NCBI GenBank assembly: GCA_964016885.1
Contig: CAXHJY010000523.1
Location: forward strand, 124,001 to 188,000
DNA from: Eledone cirrhosa
Lineage: Eukaryota
Length of the DNA: 64,000 bases
Reading direction: 5' to 3'
Position 1 is the stretch's first letter, and the number at the start of each line of letters is the position of its first letter. Both the position numbers and the translations under genes were made by a program. Shown here one piece after another: positions 45,833 through 61,800 of this stretch. The notes beneath the pieces are model-generated. The model was not told where the DNA came from, did no database searches, and saw nothing but the letters and a program-made list of their open reading frames with translations.

Positions 45833-48800
45833 CTGAATATCCACAGTGACACTAGTTGACAGTAAGACACACAATTACACACACAGGCTGAATATCCACA
45901 GTGACACTAGTTGACAGTAAGACACACACACACAGGCTGAATATCCAGAATGACACTAGTTGACAGTAAGACACACACACACACACACACACGCAGACTG
46001 AATATCCACAGTAACACTAGTTGACAGTAAGACACACCCAGGCTGAATATCCACAGTGACACTAGTTGACAGTAAGACACACACACACAGGCTGAATATC
46101 CACAGTGACACAAGCTGACAGTAAGACACACACACACAGGCTGAATATCCACAGTGACACTAGTTGACAGTAAGACACACACACACAGACTGAATATCCA
46201 CAGTGACACTAGTTGAGCGTAAGACACACACACACAGGCTGAATATCCACAGTGACACTAGTTGACCGTAAGACACACACACACAGGCTGAATATCCACA
46301 GTGACACTAGTTGACAGTAAGACACACACACACAGGTTGAATATCCACAGTGACACTAGTTGACAGTAAGACACACACACACAGGTTGAATATCCACAGT
46401 GACACTAGTTGACCGTAAGACACACACACACAGACTGAATATCCACAGTGACACTAGTTGACAGTAAGACACACACACACAGGTTGAATATCCACAGTGA
46501 CACTAGTTGACAGTAAGACACACACACACAGGTTGAATATCCACAGTGACACTAGTTGACCGTAAGACACACACACACAGACTGAATATCCACAGTGACA
46601 CTAGCTGACTGTAAGACACACACAGGCTGAATATCCAGTGACACTAGTTGACAGTAAGACACACACACACAGGCTTAATATCAACAGTGACACTAGTTGA
46701 CAGTAAGACACACACACACAGGCTGAATAACCATATTGACACTAGTTGACTGTATCACACACATACGGGCTGAATATACACAGTGACACTAGTTGACAGT
46801 AAGACACACACACACTCAGGCTGAATATCCACACTGACACTAGTTGACAGTAAGACACACACATACACAGGCTGAATAACCACAGTGACACTAGTTGACA
46901 GTAAGACACACACACACACAGGCTGAATATCCACAGTGACACTAGTTGACAGTAAGACACACACACACACAGGCTGAAAATCCACAGTGACACTAGTTGA
47001 CAGTAAGACACACACACACAGACTGAATATCCACAGTGACACTAGTTGACAGTAAGACACACACACACACAGGCTGAATATCCACAGTGACACTGGTTGA
47101 CAGCAAGACATACACAGGCTGAAAATCCACAGTGACACTAGTTGACAGTAAGAAACACACACACACACAGGCTGAATATCCACAGTGACACTGGTTGACA
47201 GCAAGACACACACAGGCTGAATATCCACAGTGACACTAGTTGACGGTTAGACACTCACACAGACTGAATATCCACAGTGACACTAGTTGACAGTAAGACA
47301 CACACACACACAGGCTGAATATCCACAGTGACACTAGTTGACAGTAAGACACATACAGGCTGAATATCCACAGTGACACTAGTTGACAGTAAGACACACA
47401 CACACACAGGCTGAATATCCACAGTGACACTAGTTGACAGTAAGACACACACACACACAGGCTGAATATCCACAGTGACACTAGTTGACAGTAAGACACA
47501 CACAGGCTGAATATCCACAGTGACACTAGTTGACAGTAAGACACACACACACACACAGGCTGAATATCCACAGTGACACTAGTTGACAGTAAGACACACA
47601 CAGGCTGAATATCCACAGTGAGACTAGTTGACAGTAAGACACACACACACACAGGCTGAATATCCACAGTGACACTAGTTGACAGTAAGACACACACACA
47701 GCCTGAATATCCACAGTGACACTAGTTGACAGTAAGACACACACACACACAGGCTCAATATCCACAGTGACACTAGTTGACAGTAAGACACACACAGGCT
47801 GAATATCCACAGTGACACAAGTTGACAGTAAGACACACAATTACACACACAGGCTGAATATCCACAGTGACACTAGTTGACAGTAAGACACACACAGGCT
47901 GAATATCCACAGTGACACTAGTTGACAGTAAGACACACACACACACAGGCTGAATATCCACAGTGACACTAGTTGACAGTAAGACACACACAGGCTGAAT
48001 ATCCACAGTGACACTAGTTGACAGTAAGACACACACACACAGGCTGAATATCCACAGTGACACTAGTTGATAGTAAGACACACACACACAGGCTGAATAT
48101 CCACAGTGACACTAGTTGACAGTAAGACACACACACACAGGCTGAATATCCACAGTGACACTAGTTGACAGTAAGACACACACAGGCTGAATATCCACAG
48201 TGACACTAGTTGACAGTAAGACACACACACACAGGCTGAATATCCACAGTGACACTAGTTGATAGTAAGACACACACACACAGGCTGAATATCCACAGTG
48301 ACACTAGTTGACAGTAAGACACACACATACAGACTGAATATCCACAGTGACACTAGTTGACAGTAAGACACACACACACAGGCTGAATATCCACAGTGAT
48401 ACTAGTTGACAGTAAGACACACACACACAGGTTGAATATCCACAGTGACACTAGTTGACAGTAAGACACACACACACAGGCTGAATATCCACAGTGACAC
48501 TAGTTGACAGTAAGACACACACACACAGGCTGAATATCCACAGTGACACTAGTTGACAGTAAGACACACACACACAGGTTGAATATCCACAGTGACACTA
48601 GCTGACTGTAAGACACACACAGGCTGAATATCCAGTGACACTATTTGACAGTAAGACACACACACACAGGCTTAATATCAACAGTGACACTAGTTGACAG
48701 TAAGACACACACACACAGGCTGAATAACCACATTGACACTAGTTGACTGTATCACACAAACACAGACTGAATATCCACAGTGACACTAGTTGACAGTAAG

Positions 48801-50050
48801 ACACACACACACTCAGGCTGAATATCCACACTGACACTAGTTGATAGTAAGACACACACACACGCAGGATGAATATCCACAGTGACACTAGTTGACAGTA
48901 AGACACACGCACACACAGGCTGAATAACCACAGTGACACTAGTTGACAGTAAGACACACACACACACAGGATGAATATCCACAGTGACACTAGTTGACAG
49001 TAAGACACACACACACAGGCTGAATATCCACAGTGACACTAGTTGACAGTAAGACACACACACACAGGCAGAATATCAACAGTGACACTAGTTGACAGTA
49101 AGACACACACACACACAGGCTGAATAACCACAGTGACACTAGTTGACAGTAAGACACACACAGGCTGAATATCCACAGTGACACTAGTTGACAGTAAGAA
49201 ACACACACACACAGGCTGAATATCCACAGTGACACTAATTGACAGTAAGACACACGCACATAGGCTGAATAACCACAGTGACACTAGTTGTGAGTAAGAC
49301 ACACACACACAGGCTGAATATCCACAGTGACACTAGTTGACAGTAAGACACACACACACAGGCTGAATATCCAGAATGACACTAGTTGACAGTAAGACAC
49401 ACACACACACACACACACACACAGGCTGAATATCCACAGTGACACTAGTTGACAGTAAGACACACAATTACACACACAGGCTGAATATCCACAGTGACAC
49501 TAGTTGACAGTAAGACACACACACACAGGCTGAATATCCAGAATGACACTAGTTGACAGTAAGACACACACACACACACACACACGCAGACTGAATATCC
49601 ACAGTAACACTAGTTGACAGTAAGACACACCAAGGCTGAATATCCACAGTGACACTAGTTGACAGTAAGACACACACACATAGGCTGAATATCCACAGTG
49701 ACACAAGCTGACAGTAAGACACACACACACAGGCTGAATATCCACAGTGACACTAGTTGACAGTAAGACACACACACACAGACTGAATATCCACAGTGAC
49801 ACTAGTTGACCGTAAGACACACACACACAGGCTGAATATCCACAGTGACACTAGTTGACCGTAAGACACACACACACAGGCTGAATATCCACAGTGACAC
49901 TAGTTGACAGTAAGACACACACACACAGGTTGAATATCCACAGTGACACTAGTTGACAGTAAGACACACACACACAGGTTGAATATCCACAGTGACACTA
50001 GTTGACCGTAAGACACACACACACAGACTGAATATCCACAGTGACACTAG
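34900..50050 (+). repeat. ~7.4-7.7 kb tandem segmental duplication (about 34.9-42.3 kb and 42.3-50.0 kb)
   Basis: ORF offsets are 7416 (35063/42479, 35769/43185, 36656/44072), 7461 (37677/45138), 7542 (41197/48739) and 7709 (41791/49500). Shared rare variants include CACGTTG, TATAAAC, GAAAATAG, AGTAAAAC, CAGGAAG and GACGGTTAG. Confidence 0.87.
40305..40600 (+). repeat. 98-bp dimer (47+51 bp) repeated three times
   Basis: AGCCTGAAT variant at 40352, 40450 and 40548. Confidence 0.85.
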
Positions 50051-51562
50051 CTGACTGTAAGACACACACAGGCTGAATATCCAGTGACACTAGTTGACAG
50101 TAAGACACACACACACAGGCTTAATATCAACAGTGACACTAGTTGACAGTAAGACACACACACACAGGCTGAATAACCACATTGACACTAGTTGACTGTA
50201 TCACACACATACGGGCTGAATATACACAGTGACACTAGTTGACAGTAAGACACACACACACTCAGGCTGAATATCCACACTGACACTAGTTGAGGGTAAG
50301 ACACACACATACACAGGCTGAATAACCACAGTGACACTAGTTGACAGTAAGACACACACACACACAGGCTGAATATCCACAGTGACACTAGTTGACAGTA
50401 AGAAACACACACACACAGGCTGAATATCCACAGTGACACTAGTTGACAGTAAGTCACACACACACACAGGCTGAATATCCACAGTGACACTAGTTGACAG
50501 TAAGAAACACACACACACAGGCTGAATATCCACAGTGTCACTGGTTGACAGCAAGACATACACAGGCTGAATATCCACATGACACTAGTTGACAGTAAGA
50601 CACACACACACACAGGCTGAATATCCACAGTGACACTGGTTGACAGCAAGACACACACAGGCTGAATATCCACAGTGACACTAGTTGACGGTAAGACACA
50701 CACACAGACTGAATATCCACAGTGACACTAGTTGACAGTAAGACACACACAGGCTGAATATCCACAGTGACACTAGTTGACAGTAAGACACACACAGGCT
50801 GAATATCCACAGTGACACTAGTTGACAGTAAGAGACACACACACACAGGCTGAATATCCACAGTGACACTAGTTGACAGTAAGACACACACAGGCTGAAT
50901 ATCCACAGTGACACTAGTTGACAGTAAGACACACACACACACAGGCTGAATATCCACAGTGACACTAGTTGACAGTAAGACACACACAGGCTGAATATCC
51001 ACAGTGACACTAGTTGACAGTAAGACACACACACACACACAGGCTGAATATCCACAGTGACACTAGTTGACAGTAAGACACACACAGACTGAATATCCAC
51101 AGTGATACTAGTTGACAGTAAGACACACACACACACAAGCTGAATATCCACAGTGACACTAGTTGACAGTAAGACACACACACAGCCTGAATATCCACAG
51201 TGACACTAGTTGACAGTAAGACACACACACACACAGGCTGAATATCCACAGTGACACTAGTTGACAGTAAGACACACACACACAGGCTGAATATCCACAG
51301 TGACACTAGTTGACAGTAAGCACACACAGGCTGAATATCCACAGTGACACTAGTTGACAGTAAGACACACACACACACAGGCTGAATATCCACAGTGACA
51401 CTAGTTGACAGTAAGACACACACACAGCCTGAATATCCACAGTGACACTAGTTGACAGTAAGACACACACACACACAGGCTGAATATCCACAGTGACACT
51501 AGTTGACAGTAACACACACACACACAGGCTGAATATCTACAGTGATACAAGTTGACAGTAAG

Positions 51563-51593
<31 letters not shown>

Positions 51594-54500
51594 CTGAATA
51601 TCCACAGTGACACTAGTTGATTGTAAGACACACACAGGCTGAATATCCACAGTGACAATAGTTGACTGTAAGACACACACAGGCTGAATATCCACAGTGA
51701 CACTAGTTGACAGTAACACACACACACAGGCTGAATATCCACAGTGACACTACTTGACAGTAAGACAGACACACACACAGGCTGAATATCCACAGTGAAA
51801 CTAATTGACAGTAAGACACACACACACAGGCTGAATATCCACAGTGACACTAGTTGACAGTAAGACAGACACACACACAGGCTGAATATCCACAGCAACA
51901 CTAGTTGACATTAAGACAGACACACACACAGGCTGAATATCCACAGTGACACTAGTTGACAGTAAGACACACACACACAGGCTGAATATCCACAGTGATA
52001 CAAGTTCAACATAAGACACACACAGGCTGAATATCCACAGTGACACTAGTTGACAGTAAGACACACACACACACACAGGCTGAATATCCACAGTGACACT
52101 AGTTGACAGTAACACGCACACACACAGGCTTAATATCCACAGTGACACTAGTTGACAGTAAGACACACACAGGCTGAATATCCACAGTGACACTAGCTGA
52201 CTGTAAGACACACACAGGCTGAATATCCACAGTGACACTAGTTGACAGTAAGACACACACACACAGGCTGAATATCCACAGTGACACTAGTTGACAGTAA
52301 GACACACACACACAGACTGAATATCCACAGTGAAACTAGTTGACAGTAAGACACACACACACAGGCTGAATATCCACCGTGACACTAGTTGACAGTAAGA
52401 GAGACACACACACAGGCTGAATATCCACCATAACACTAGTTGACGGTAAGACACACACAGGCTGAATATCCACAGTGACACTAGTTGACAGTAAGACACA
52501 CACACACAGGCTGAATATCCACAGTGATACTAGTTGACCATAAGATACACACAGGCTGAAAATCCACAGTGACACTAGTTGACAGTAAGACACACACACA
52601 CAGGCTGAATATGCACAGTGACACAAGCTGACAGTAAGACACACACAGGCTGAATATCCACAGTGACACTAGTTGACAGTAAGACACACACACACACAGA
52701 CTGAATATCCACAGTGACACTAGTTGACAGTAAGACACACACACACAGGCTGAATATCAACAGTGACACTAGTTGACAGTAAGACACACACACATAGGCT
52801 GAATAACCACAGTGACACTAGTTGACTGTATCACACACATACGGGCTGAATATACACAGTGACACTAGTTGACAGTAAGACACACACACACTCAGGCTGA
52901 ATATCAACAGTGACACTAGTTGACAGTAAGACACACACACACACACAGGCTGAATATCAACAGTGACACTAGTTGACAGTAAGACACACACACACAGGCT
53001 GAATAACCAGAGTGACGCTAGATGACAGTAACACACACACAGGCTGAATATCCACAGTGACGCTAGATGACAGTAACACACACACAGGCTGAATATCCAC
53101 AGTGACACTAGTTGACAGTAAGACACACACACACAGGCTGAATATCCACAGTGACACTAATTGACAGTAAGACACACACACACAGGCTGAACATCAACAG
53201 TGACACTAGTTGACAGTAAGACACACACACACAGGCTGAATAACCACAGTGACACTAGTTGACTGTATCACACAAACACAGACTGAATATCCACAGTGAC
53301 ACTAGTTGACAGTAAGACACACACACACTCAGGCTGAATATCCACACTGACACTAGTTGACAGTAAGACACACACAGACAGGCTGAATAACCACATTGAC
53401 ACTAGTTGACTGTATCACACACATACGGGCTGAATATACACAGTGACACTAGTTGACAGTAAGACACACACACACTCAGGCTAAATATCCACACTGACAC
53501 TAGTTGACAGTAAGACACACACACACAGGCTGAATAACCACAGTGACACTAGTTGACAGTAAGACACACACACACAGAGGCTGAATATCCACAGTGACAC
53601 TAGTTGACAGTAAGACACACGCACATAGCCTGAATAACCACAGTGACACTAGTTGAGAGTAAGACACACACACACAGGCTGAATATCCACAGTGACACTA
53701 GTTGGCAGTAAGACACACACACACAGGCTGAATATCCAGAATGACACTAGTTGACAGTAAGACACACACACACACATACACACAGGCTGAATATCCACAG
53801 TGACACTAGTTGACAGTAAGACACACAATTACACACACAGGCTGAATATCCACAGTGACACTAGTTGACAGTAAGACACACGCAGGCTGAATATCCACAG
53901 TGACACTAGTTGACAGTAAGACACACACAGGCTGAATATCCACAGTGACACTAGCTGACTGTAAGACACACACAGGCTGAATATCCAGTGACACTATTTG
54001 ACAGTAAGACACACACACACAGGCTTAATATCAACAGTGACACTAGTTGACAGTAAGACACACACACACAGGCTGAATAACCACATTGACACTAGTTGAC
54101 TGTGTCACACAAACACAGACTGAATATCCACAGTGACACTAGTTGACAGTAAGACACACACACACTCAGGCTGAATATCCACACTGACACTAGTTGACAG
54201 TAAGACACACACAGACAGGCTGAATAACCACAGTGACACTAGTTGACAGTAAGACACACACACAGGCTGAATATCCACAGTGACACTAGTTGACAGTAAG
54301 ACACACACACACACAGGATGAATATACACAGTGACACTAGTTGACAGTAAGACACACGCACATAGGCTGAATAACCACAGTGACACTAGTTGACTGTATC
54401 ACACACATACGGGCTGAATATACACAGTGACACTAGTTGACACTAAGACACACACACACTCAGGCTGAATATCCACACTGACACTAGTTGACAGTAAGAC

Positions 54501-56499
54501 ACACACACACACAGGCTAAATAACCACAGTGACACTAGTTGACAGTAAGACACACACACAGGCTGAATATCCACAGTGACACTAGTTGACAGTAAGACAC
54601 ACACACACACAGGATGAATATCCACAGTGACACTAGTTGACAGTAAGACACACGCACATAGGCTGAATAACCACAGTGACACTAGTTGAGAGTAAGACAC
54701 ACACAGACAGGCTGAATATCCACAGTGACACTAGTTGACAGTAAGACACACACACACAGGCTGAATATCCAGAATGACACTAGTTGACAGTAAGACACAC
54801 ACACACACACACACACACAGGCTGAATATCCACAGTGACACTAGTTGACAGTAAGACACACAATTACACACACAGGCTGAATATCCACAGTGACACTAGT
54901 TCAGAGTAAGACACACACAGGCTGAACATCCACAGTGACACTAGTTGACAGTAAGACACACACAGGCTGAATATCCACAGTGACACTAGTTGACAGTAAG
55001 ACACACACAGGCTGAATATCGACAATGACACTAGCTGACAGTAAGAGACACACACGCAGACTGAATATCCACAGTAACACTAGTTGACAGTAAGACACAC
55101 ACACACAGGCTGAATATCCACAGTGACACAAGCTGACAGTAAGACACACACACACAGGCTAAATATCCACAGTGACACTAGTTGACAGTAAGACACACAC
55201 ACACACAGGCTGAATATCCACAGTGACACTAGTTGACAGTAAGACACACACACACAGACTGAATATCCACAGTGACACTAGTTGACAGTAAGACACACAC
55301 ACACAGGCTGAATATCAACAGTGACACTAGTTGACAGTAAGACACACACACACAGGCTGAATAACCACAGTGACACTAGTTGACTGTATCACACACATAC
55401 GGGCTGAATATACACAGTGACACTAGTTGATAGTAAGACGCACACACACTCAGGCTGAATATCCACACTGACTCTAGCTGACAGTAAGACACACAAACAC
55501 ACAGGCTGAATATCCACAGTGACACTAGTTGACAGTAAGACACACACAGGCTGAATATCCACAGTGACACTAGCTGACTGTAAGACACACACAGGCTGAA
55601 TATCCAGTGACACTAGTTGACAGTAAGACACACACACACAGGCTGAATATCCACAGTGACACTAGTTGACAGTAAGACACACACACACAGTCTGAATATC
55701 AACAGTGACACTAGTTGACAGTAAGACACACACACACAGGCTGAATAACAACAGTGACACTAGTTGACTGTATCACACAAACACACTGAATATCCACAGT
55801 GACACTAGTTGACAGTAAGACACACACACACAGGCTGAATATCAACAGTGACACTAGTTGACAATAAGACACACACACACAGGCTGAATAACAACAGTGA
55901 CACTAGTTGACTGTATCACACAAACACAGACTGAATATCCACAGTGACACTAGCTGACAGTAAGACACACACACACAGGCTGAATATCCACAGTGACACT
56001 AGTTGACAGTAAGACACACACACTGAGGCTGAATATCCACACTGACACTAGTTGACAGTAAAACACACACAGGCTGAATAACCACAGTGACACTAGTTGA
56101 CAGTAAGACACACACACACAGGCTGAATATCAACAGTGACACTAGTTGACAGTAAGACACACACACACAGGCTGAATAACCACAGTGACACTAGTTGACT
56201 GTATCACACACATACGGGCTGAATATACACAGTGACACTAGTTGACAGTAAGACACACACACACTCAGGCTGAATATCCACACTGACACTAGTTGACAGT
56301 AAGACACACACACACACAGGCTGAATAACCACGGTGACACTAGTTGACAGTAAGACACACACTCAGGCTGAATATCCACAGTGACACTAGTTGACAGTAA
56401 GACACACACACACAGACTGAATATCCACAGTGACACTAGTTGACAGTAAGACAGACACACACAGGCTGAATATCCACAGTGACACTAGTTGGCAGTAAG

Positions 56500-56530
<31 letters not shown>

Positions 56531-56563
56531 CTGAATACCCAGAATGACACTAGTTGACAGTAA

Positions 56564-56599
<36 letters not shown>

Positions 56600-56632
56600 C
56601 TGAATATCCAGAATGACACTAGTTGACAGTAA

Positions 56633-56668
<36 letters not shown>

Positions 56669-58889
56669 CTGAATATCCACAGTGACACTAGTTGACAGTA
56701 AGACACACACAGGCTGAATATCCACAGTGACACTAGTTGACAGTAAGACACACAATTACACACACAGGCTGAATATCCACAGTAACACTAGTTGACAGTA
56801 AGACACACACAGGCTGAATATCCACAGTGACACTAGTTGACAGTAAGACACACACACAGGCTGAATATCCACAGTGACACAAGCTGACAGTAAGACACAC
56901 ACACACAGGCTGAATATCCACAGTGACACTAGTTGACAGTAAGACACTCACACACAGGCTGAATATCCACAGTGACACTAGTTGACAGTAAGACACACAC
57001 ACACAGGCTGAATATCCACAGTGACACTAGTTGACAGTAAGACACACACACAGGTTGAATATCCACAGTGACACTAGTTGACAGTAAGACACACACACAC
57101 AGACTGAATATCCACAGTGACACTAGTTGACAGTAAGACACACACACACAGGCTGAATATCCACAGTGACACTAGTTGACAGTAAGACACACACACAGGT
57201 TGAATATCCACAGTGACACTAGTTGACAGTAAGACACACACACACAGGCTGAATATCCACAGTGACACTAGTTGACAGTAAGACACACACACACAGGCTG
57301 AATATCCACAGTGACACTAGTTGACAGTAAGACACACACACACAGGTTGAATATCCACAGTGACACTAGCTGACTGTAAGACACACACAGGCTGAATATC
57401 CAGTGACACTATTTGACAGTAAGACACACACACACAGGCTTAATATCAACAGTGACACTAGTTGACAGTAAGACACACACACACAGGCTGAATAACCACA
57501 TTGACACTAGTTGACTGTATCACACAAACACAGACTGAATATCCACAGTGACACTAGTTGACAATAAGACACACACACACTCAGGCTGAATATCCACACT
57601 GACACTAGTTGATAGTAAGACACACACACACACAGGCTGAATATCCACAGTGACACTAGTTGACAGTAAGACACACGCACACACAGGCTGAATAACCACA
57701 GTGACACTAGTTGACAGTAAGACACACACACACACAGGCTGAATATCCACAGTGACACTAGTTGACAGTAAGACACACACACATAGGCTGAATATCAACA
57801 GTGACACTAGTTGACAGTAAGACACACACACACACAGGCTGAATAACCACAGTGACACTAGTTGACAGTAAGACACACACACACACAGGATGAATATCCA
57901 CAGTGACACTAGTTGACAGTAAGACACACACACACAGGCTGAATATCAACAGTGACACTAGTTGACAGTAAGACACACACACACACAGGCTGAATAACCA
58001 CAGTGACACTAGTTGTGAGTAAGCCACACACACACAGGCTGAATATCCACAGTGACACTAGTTGACAGTAAGACACACACACACAGGCTGAATATCCAGA
58101 ATGACAGTAGTTGACAGTAAGACACACACACACACACACACACACACAGGCTGAATATCCACAGTGACACTAGTTGACAGTAAGACACACAATTACACAC
58201 ACAGGCTGAATATCCACAGTGACACTAGTTGACAGTAAGACACACACACACAGGCTGAATATCCAGAATGACACTAGTTGACAGTAAGACACACACACAC
58301 ACACACACACGCAGACTGAATATCCACAGTAACACTAGTTGACAGTAAGACACACCCAGGCTGAATATCCACAGTGACACTAGTTGACAGTAAGACACAC
58401 ACACACAGGCTGAATATCCACAGTGACACAAGCTGACAGTAAGACACACACACACAGGCTGAATATCCACAGTGACACTAGTTGACAGTAAGACACACAC
58501 ACACAGACCGAATATCCACAGTGACACTAGTTGACCGTAAGACACACACACACAGGCTGAATATCCACAGTGACACTAGTTGACCGTAAGACACACACAC
58601 ACAGGCTGAATATCCACAGTGACACTAGTTGACAGTAAGACACACACACACAGGTTGAATATCCACAGTGACACTAGTTGACAGTAAGACACACACACAC
58701 AGGTTGAATATCCACAGTGACACTAGTTGACCGTAAGACACACACACACAGACTGAATATCCACAGTGACACTAGCTGACTGTAAGACACACACAGGCTG
58801 AATATCCAGTGACACTAGTTGACAGTAAGACACACACACACAGGCTTAATATCAACAGTGACACTAGTTGACAGTAAGACACACACACA

Positions 58890-61800
58890 CAGGCAGAATA
58901 TCAACAGTGACACTAGTTGACAGTAAGACACACACACACACAGGCTGAATAACCACAGTGACACTAGTTGACAGTAAGACACACACAGGCTGAATATCCA
59001 CAGTGACACTAGTTGACAGTAAGAAACACACACACACAGGCTGAATATCCACAGTGACACTAATTGACAGTAAGACACACGCACATAGGCTGAATAACCA
59101 CAGTGACACTAGTTGTGAGTAAGACACACACACACAGGCTGAATATCCACAGTGAGACTAGTTGACAGTAAGACACACACACACAGGCTGAATATCCAGA
59201 ATGACACTAGTTGACAGTAAGACACACACACACACACACACACACACAGGCTGAATATCCACAGTGACACTAGTTGACAGTAAGACACACAATTACACAC
59301 ACAGGCTGAATATCCACAGTGACACTAGTTGACAGTAAGACACACACACACAGGCTGAATATCCAGAATGACACTAGTTGACAGTAAGACACACACACAC
59401 ACACACACACGCAGACTGAATATCCACAGTAACACTAGTTGACAGTAAGACACACCAAGGCTGAATATCCACAGTGACACTAGTTGACAGTAAGACACAC
59501 ACACATAGGCTGAATATCCACAGTGACACAAGCTGACAGTAAGACACACACACACAGGCTGAATATCCACAGTGACACTAGTTGACAGTAAGACACACAC
59601 ACACAGACTGAATATCCACAGTGACACTAGTTGACCGTAAGACACACACACACAGGCTGAATATCCACAGTGACACTAGTTGACCGTAAGACACACACAC
59701 ACAGGCTGAATATCCACAGTGACACTAGTTGACAGTAAGACACACACACACAGGTTGAATATCCACAGTGACACTAGTTGACAGTAAGACACACACACAC
59801 AGGTTGAATATCCACAGTGACACTAGTTGACCGTAAGACACACACACACAGACTGAATATCCACAGTGACACTAGCTGACTGTAAGACACACACAGGCTG
59901 AATATCCAGTGACACTAGTTGACAGTAAGACACACACACACAGGCTTAATATCAACAGTGACACTAGTTGACAGTAAGACACACAATTACACACACAGGC
60001 TGAATATCCACAGTGACACTAGTTGACAGTAAGACACACACACACAGGCTGAATATCCAGAATGACACTAGTTGACAGTCAGACACACACACACACACAC
60101 ACACGCAGACTGAATATCCACAGTAACACTAGTTGACAGTAAGACACACCAAGGCTGAATATCCACAGTGACACTAGTTGACAGTAAGACACACACACAT
60201 AGGCTGAATATCCACAGTGACACAAGCTGACAGTAAGACACACACACACAGGCTGAATATCCACAGTGACACTAGTTGACAGTAAGACACACACACACAG
60301 ACTGAATATCCACAGTGACACTAGTTGACCGTAAGACACACACACACAGGCTGAATATCCACAGTGACACTAGTTGACCGTAAGACACACACACACAGGC
60401 TGAATATCCACAGTGACACTAGTTGACAGTAAGACACACACACACAGGTTGAATATCCACAGTGACACTAGTTGACAGTAAGACACACACACACAGGTTG
60501 AATATCCACAGTGACACTAATTGACCGTAAGACACACACACACAGACTGAATATCCACAGTGACACTAGCTGACTGTAAGACACACACAGGCTGAATATC
60601 CAGTGACACTAGTTGACAGTAAGACACACACACACAGGCTTAATATCAACAGTGACACTAGTTGACAGTAAGACACACACACACAGGCTGAATAACCACA
60701 TTGACACTAGTTGACTGTATCACACACATACGGGCTGAATATACACAGTGACACTAGTTGACAGTAAGACACACACACACTCAGGCTGAATATCCACACT
60801 GACACTAGTTGAGAGTAAGACACACACATACACAGGCTGAATAACCACAGTGACACTAGTTGACAGTAAGACACACACACACACAGGCTGAATATCCACA
60901 GTGACACTAGTTGACAGTAAGAAACACACACACACAGGCTGAATATCCACAGTGACACTAGTTGACAGTAAGTCACACACACACACAGGCTGAATATCCA
61001 CAGTGACACTAGTTGACAGTAAGAAACACACACACACAGGCTGAATATCCACAGTGTCACTGGTTGACATCAAGACATACACAGGCTGAATATCCACAGT
61101 GACACTAGTTGACAGTAAGACACACACACACACAGGCTGAATATCCACAGTGACACTGGTTGACAGCAAGACACACACAGGCTGAATATCCACAGTGACA
61201 CTAGTTGACGGTAAGACACACACACAGACTGAATATCCACAGTGACACTAGTTGACAGTAAGACACACACAGGCTGAATATCCACAGTGACACTAGTTGA
61301 CAGTAAGACACACACAGGCTGAATATCCACAGTGACACTAGTTGACAGTAAGAGACACACACACACAGGCTGAATATCCACAGTGACACTAGTTGACAGT
61401 AAGACACACACAGGCTGAATATCCACAGTGACACTAGTTGACAGTAAGACACACACACACACAGGCTGAATATCCACAGTGACACTAGTTGACAGTAAGA
61501 CACACACAGGCTGAATATCCACAGTGACACTAGTTGACAGTAAGACACACACACACACACAGGCTGAATATCCACAGTGACACTAGTTGACAGTAAGACA
61601 CACACAGACTGAATATCCACAGTGATACTAGTTGACAGTAAGACACACACACACACAAGCTGAATATCCACAGTGACACTAGTTGACAGTAAGACACACA
61701 CACAGCCTGAATATCCACAGTGACACTAGTTGACAGTAAGACACACACACACACAGGCTGAATATCCACAGTGACACTAGTTGACAGTAAGACACACACA

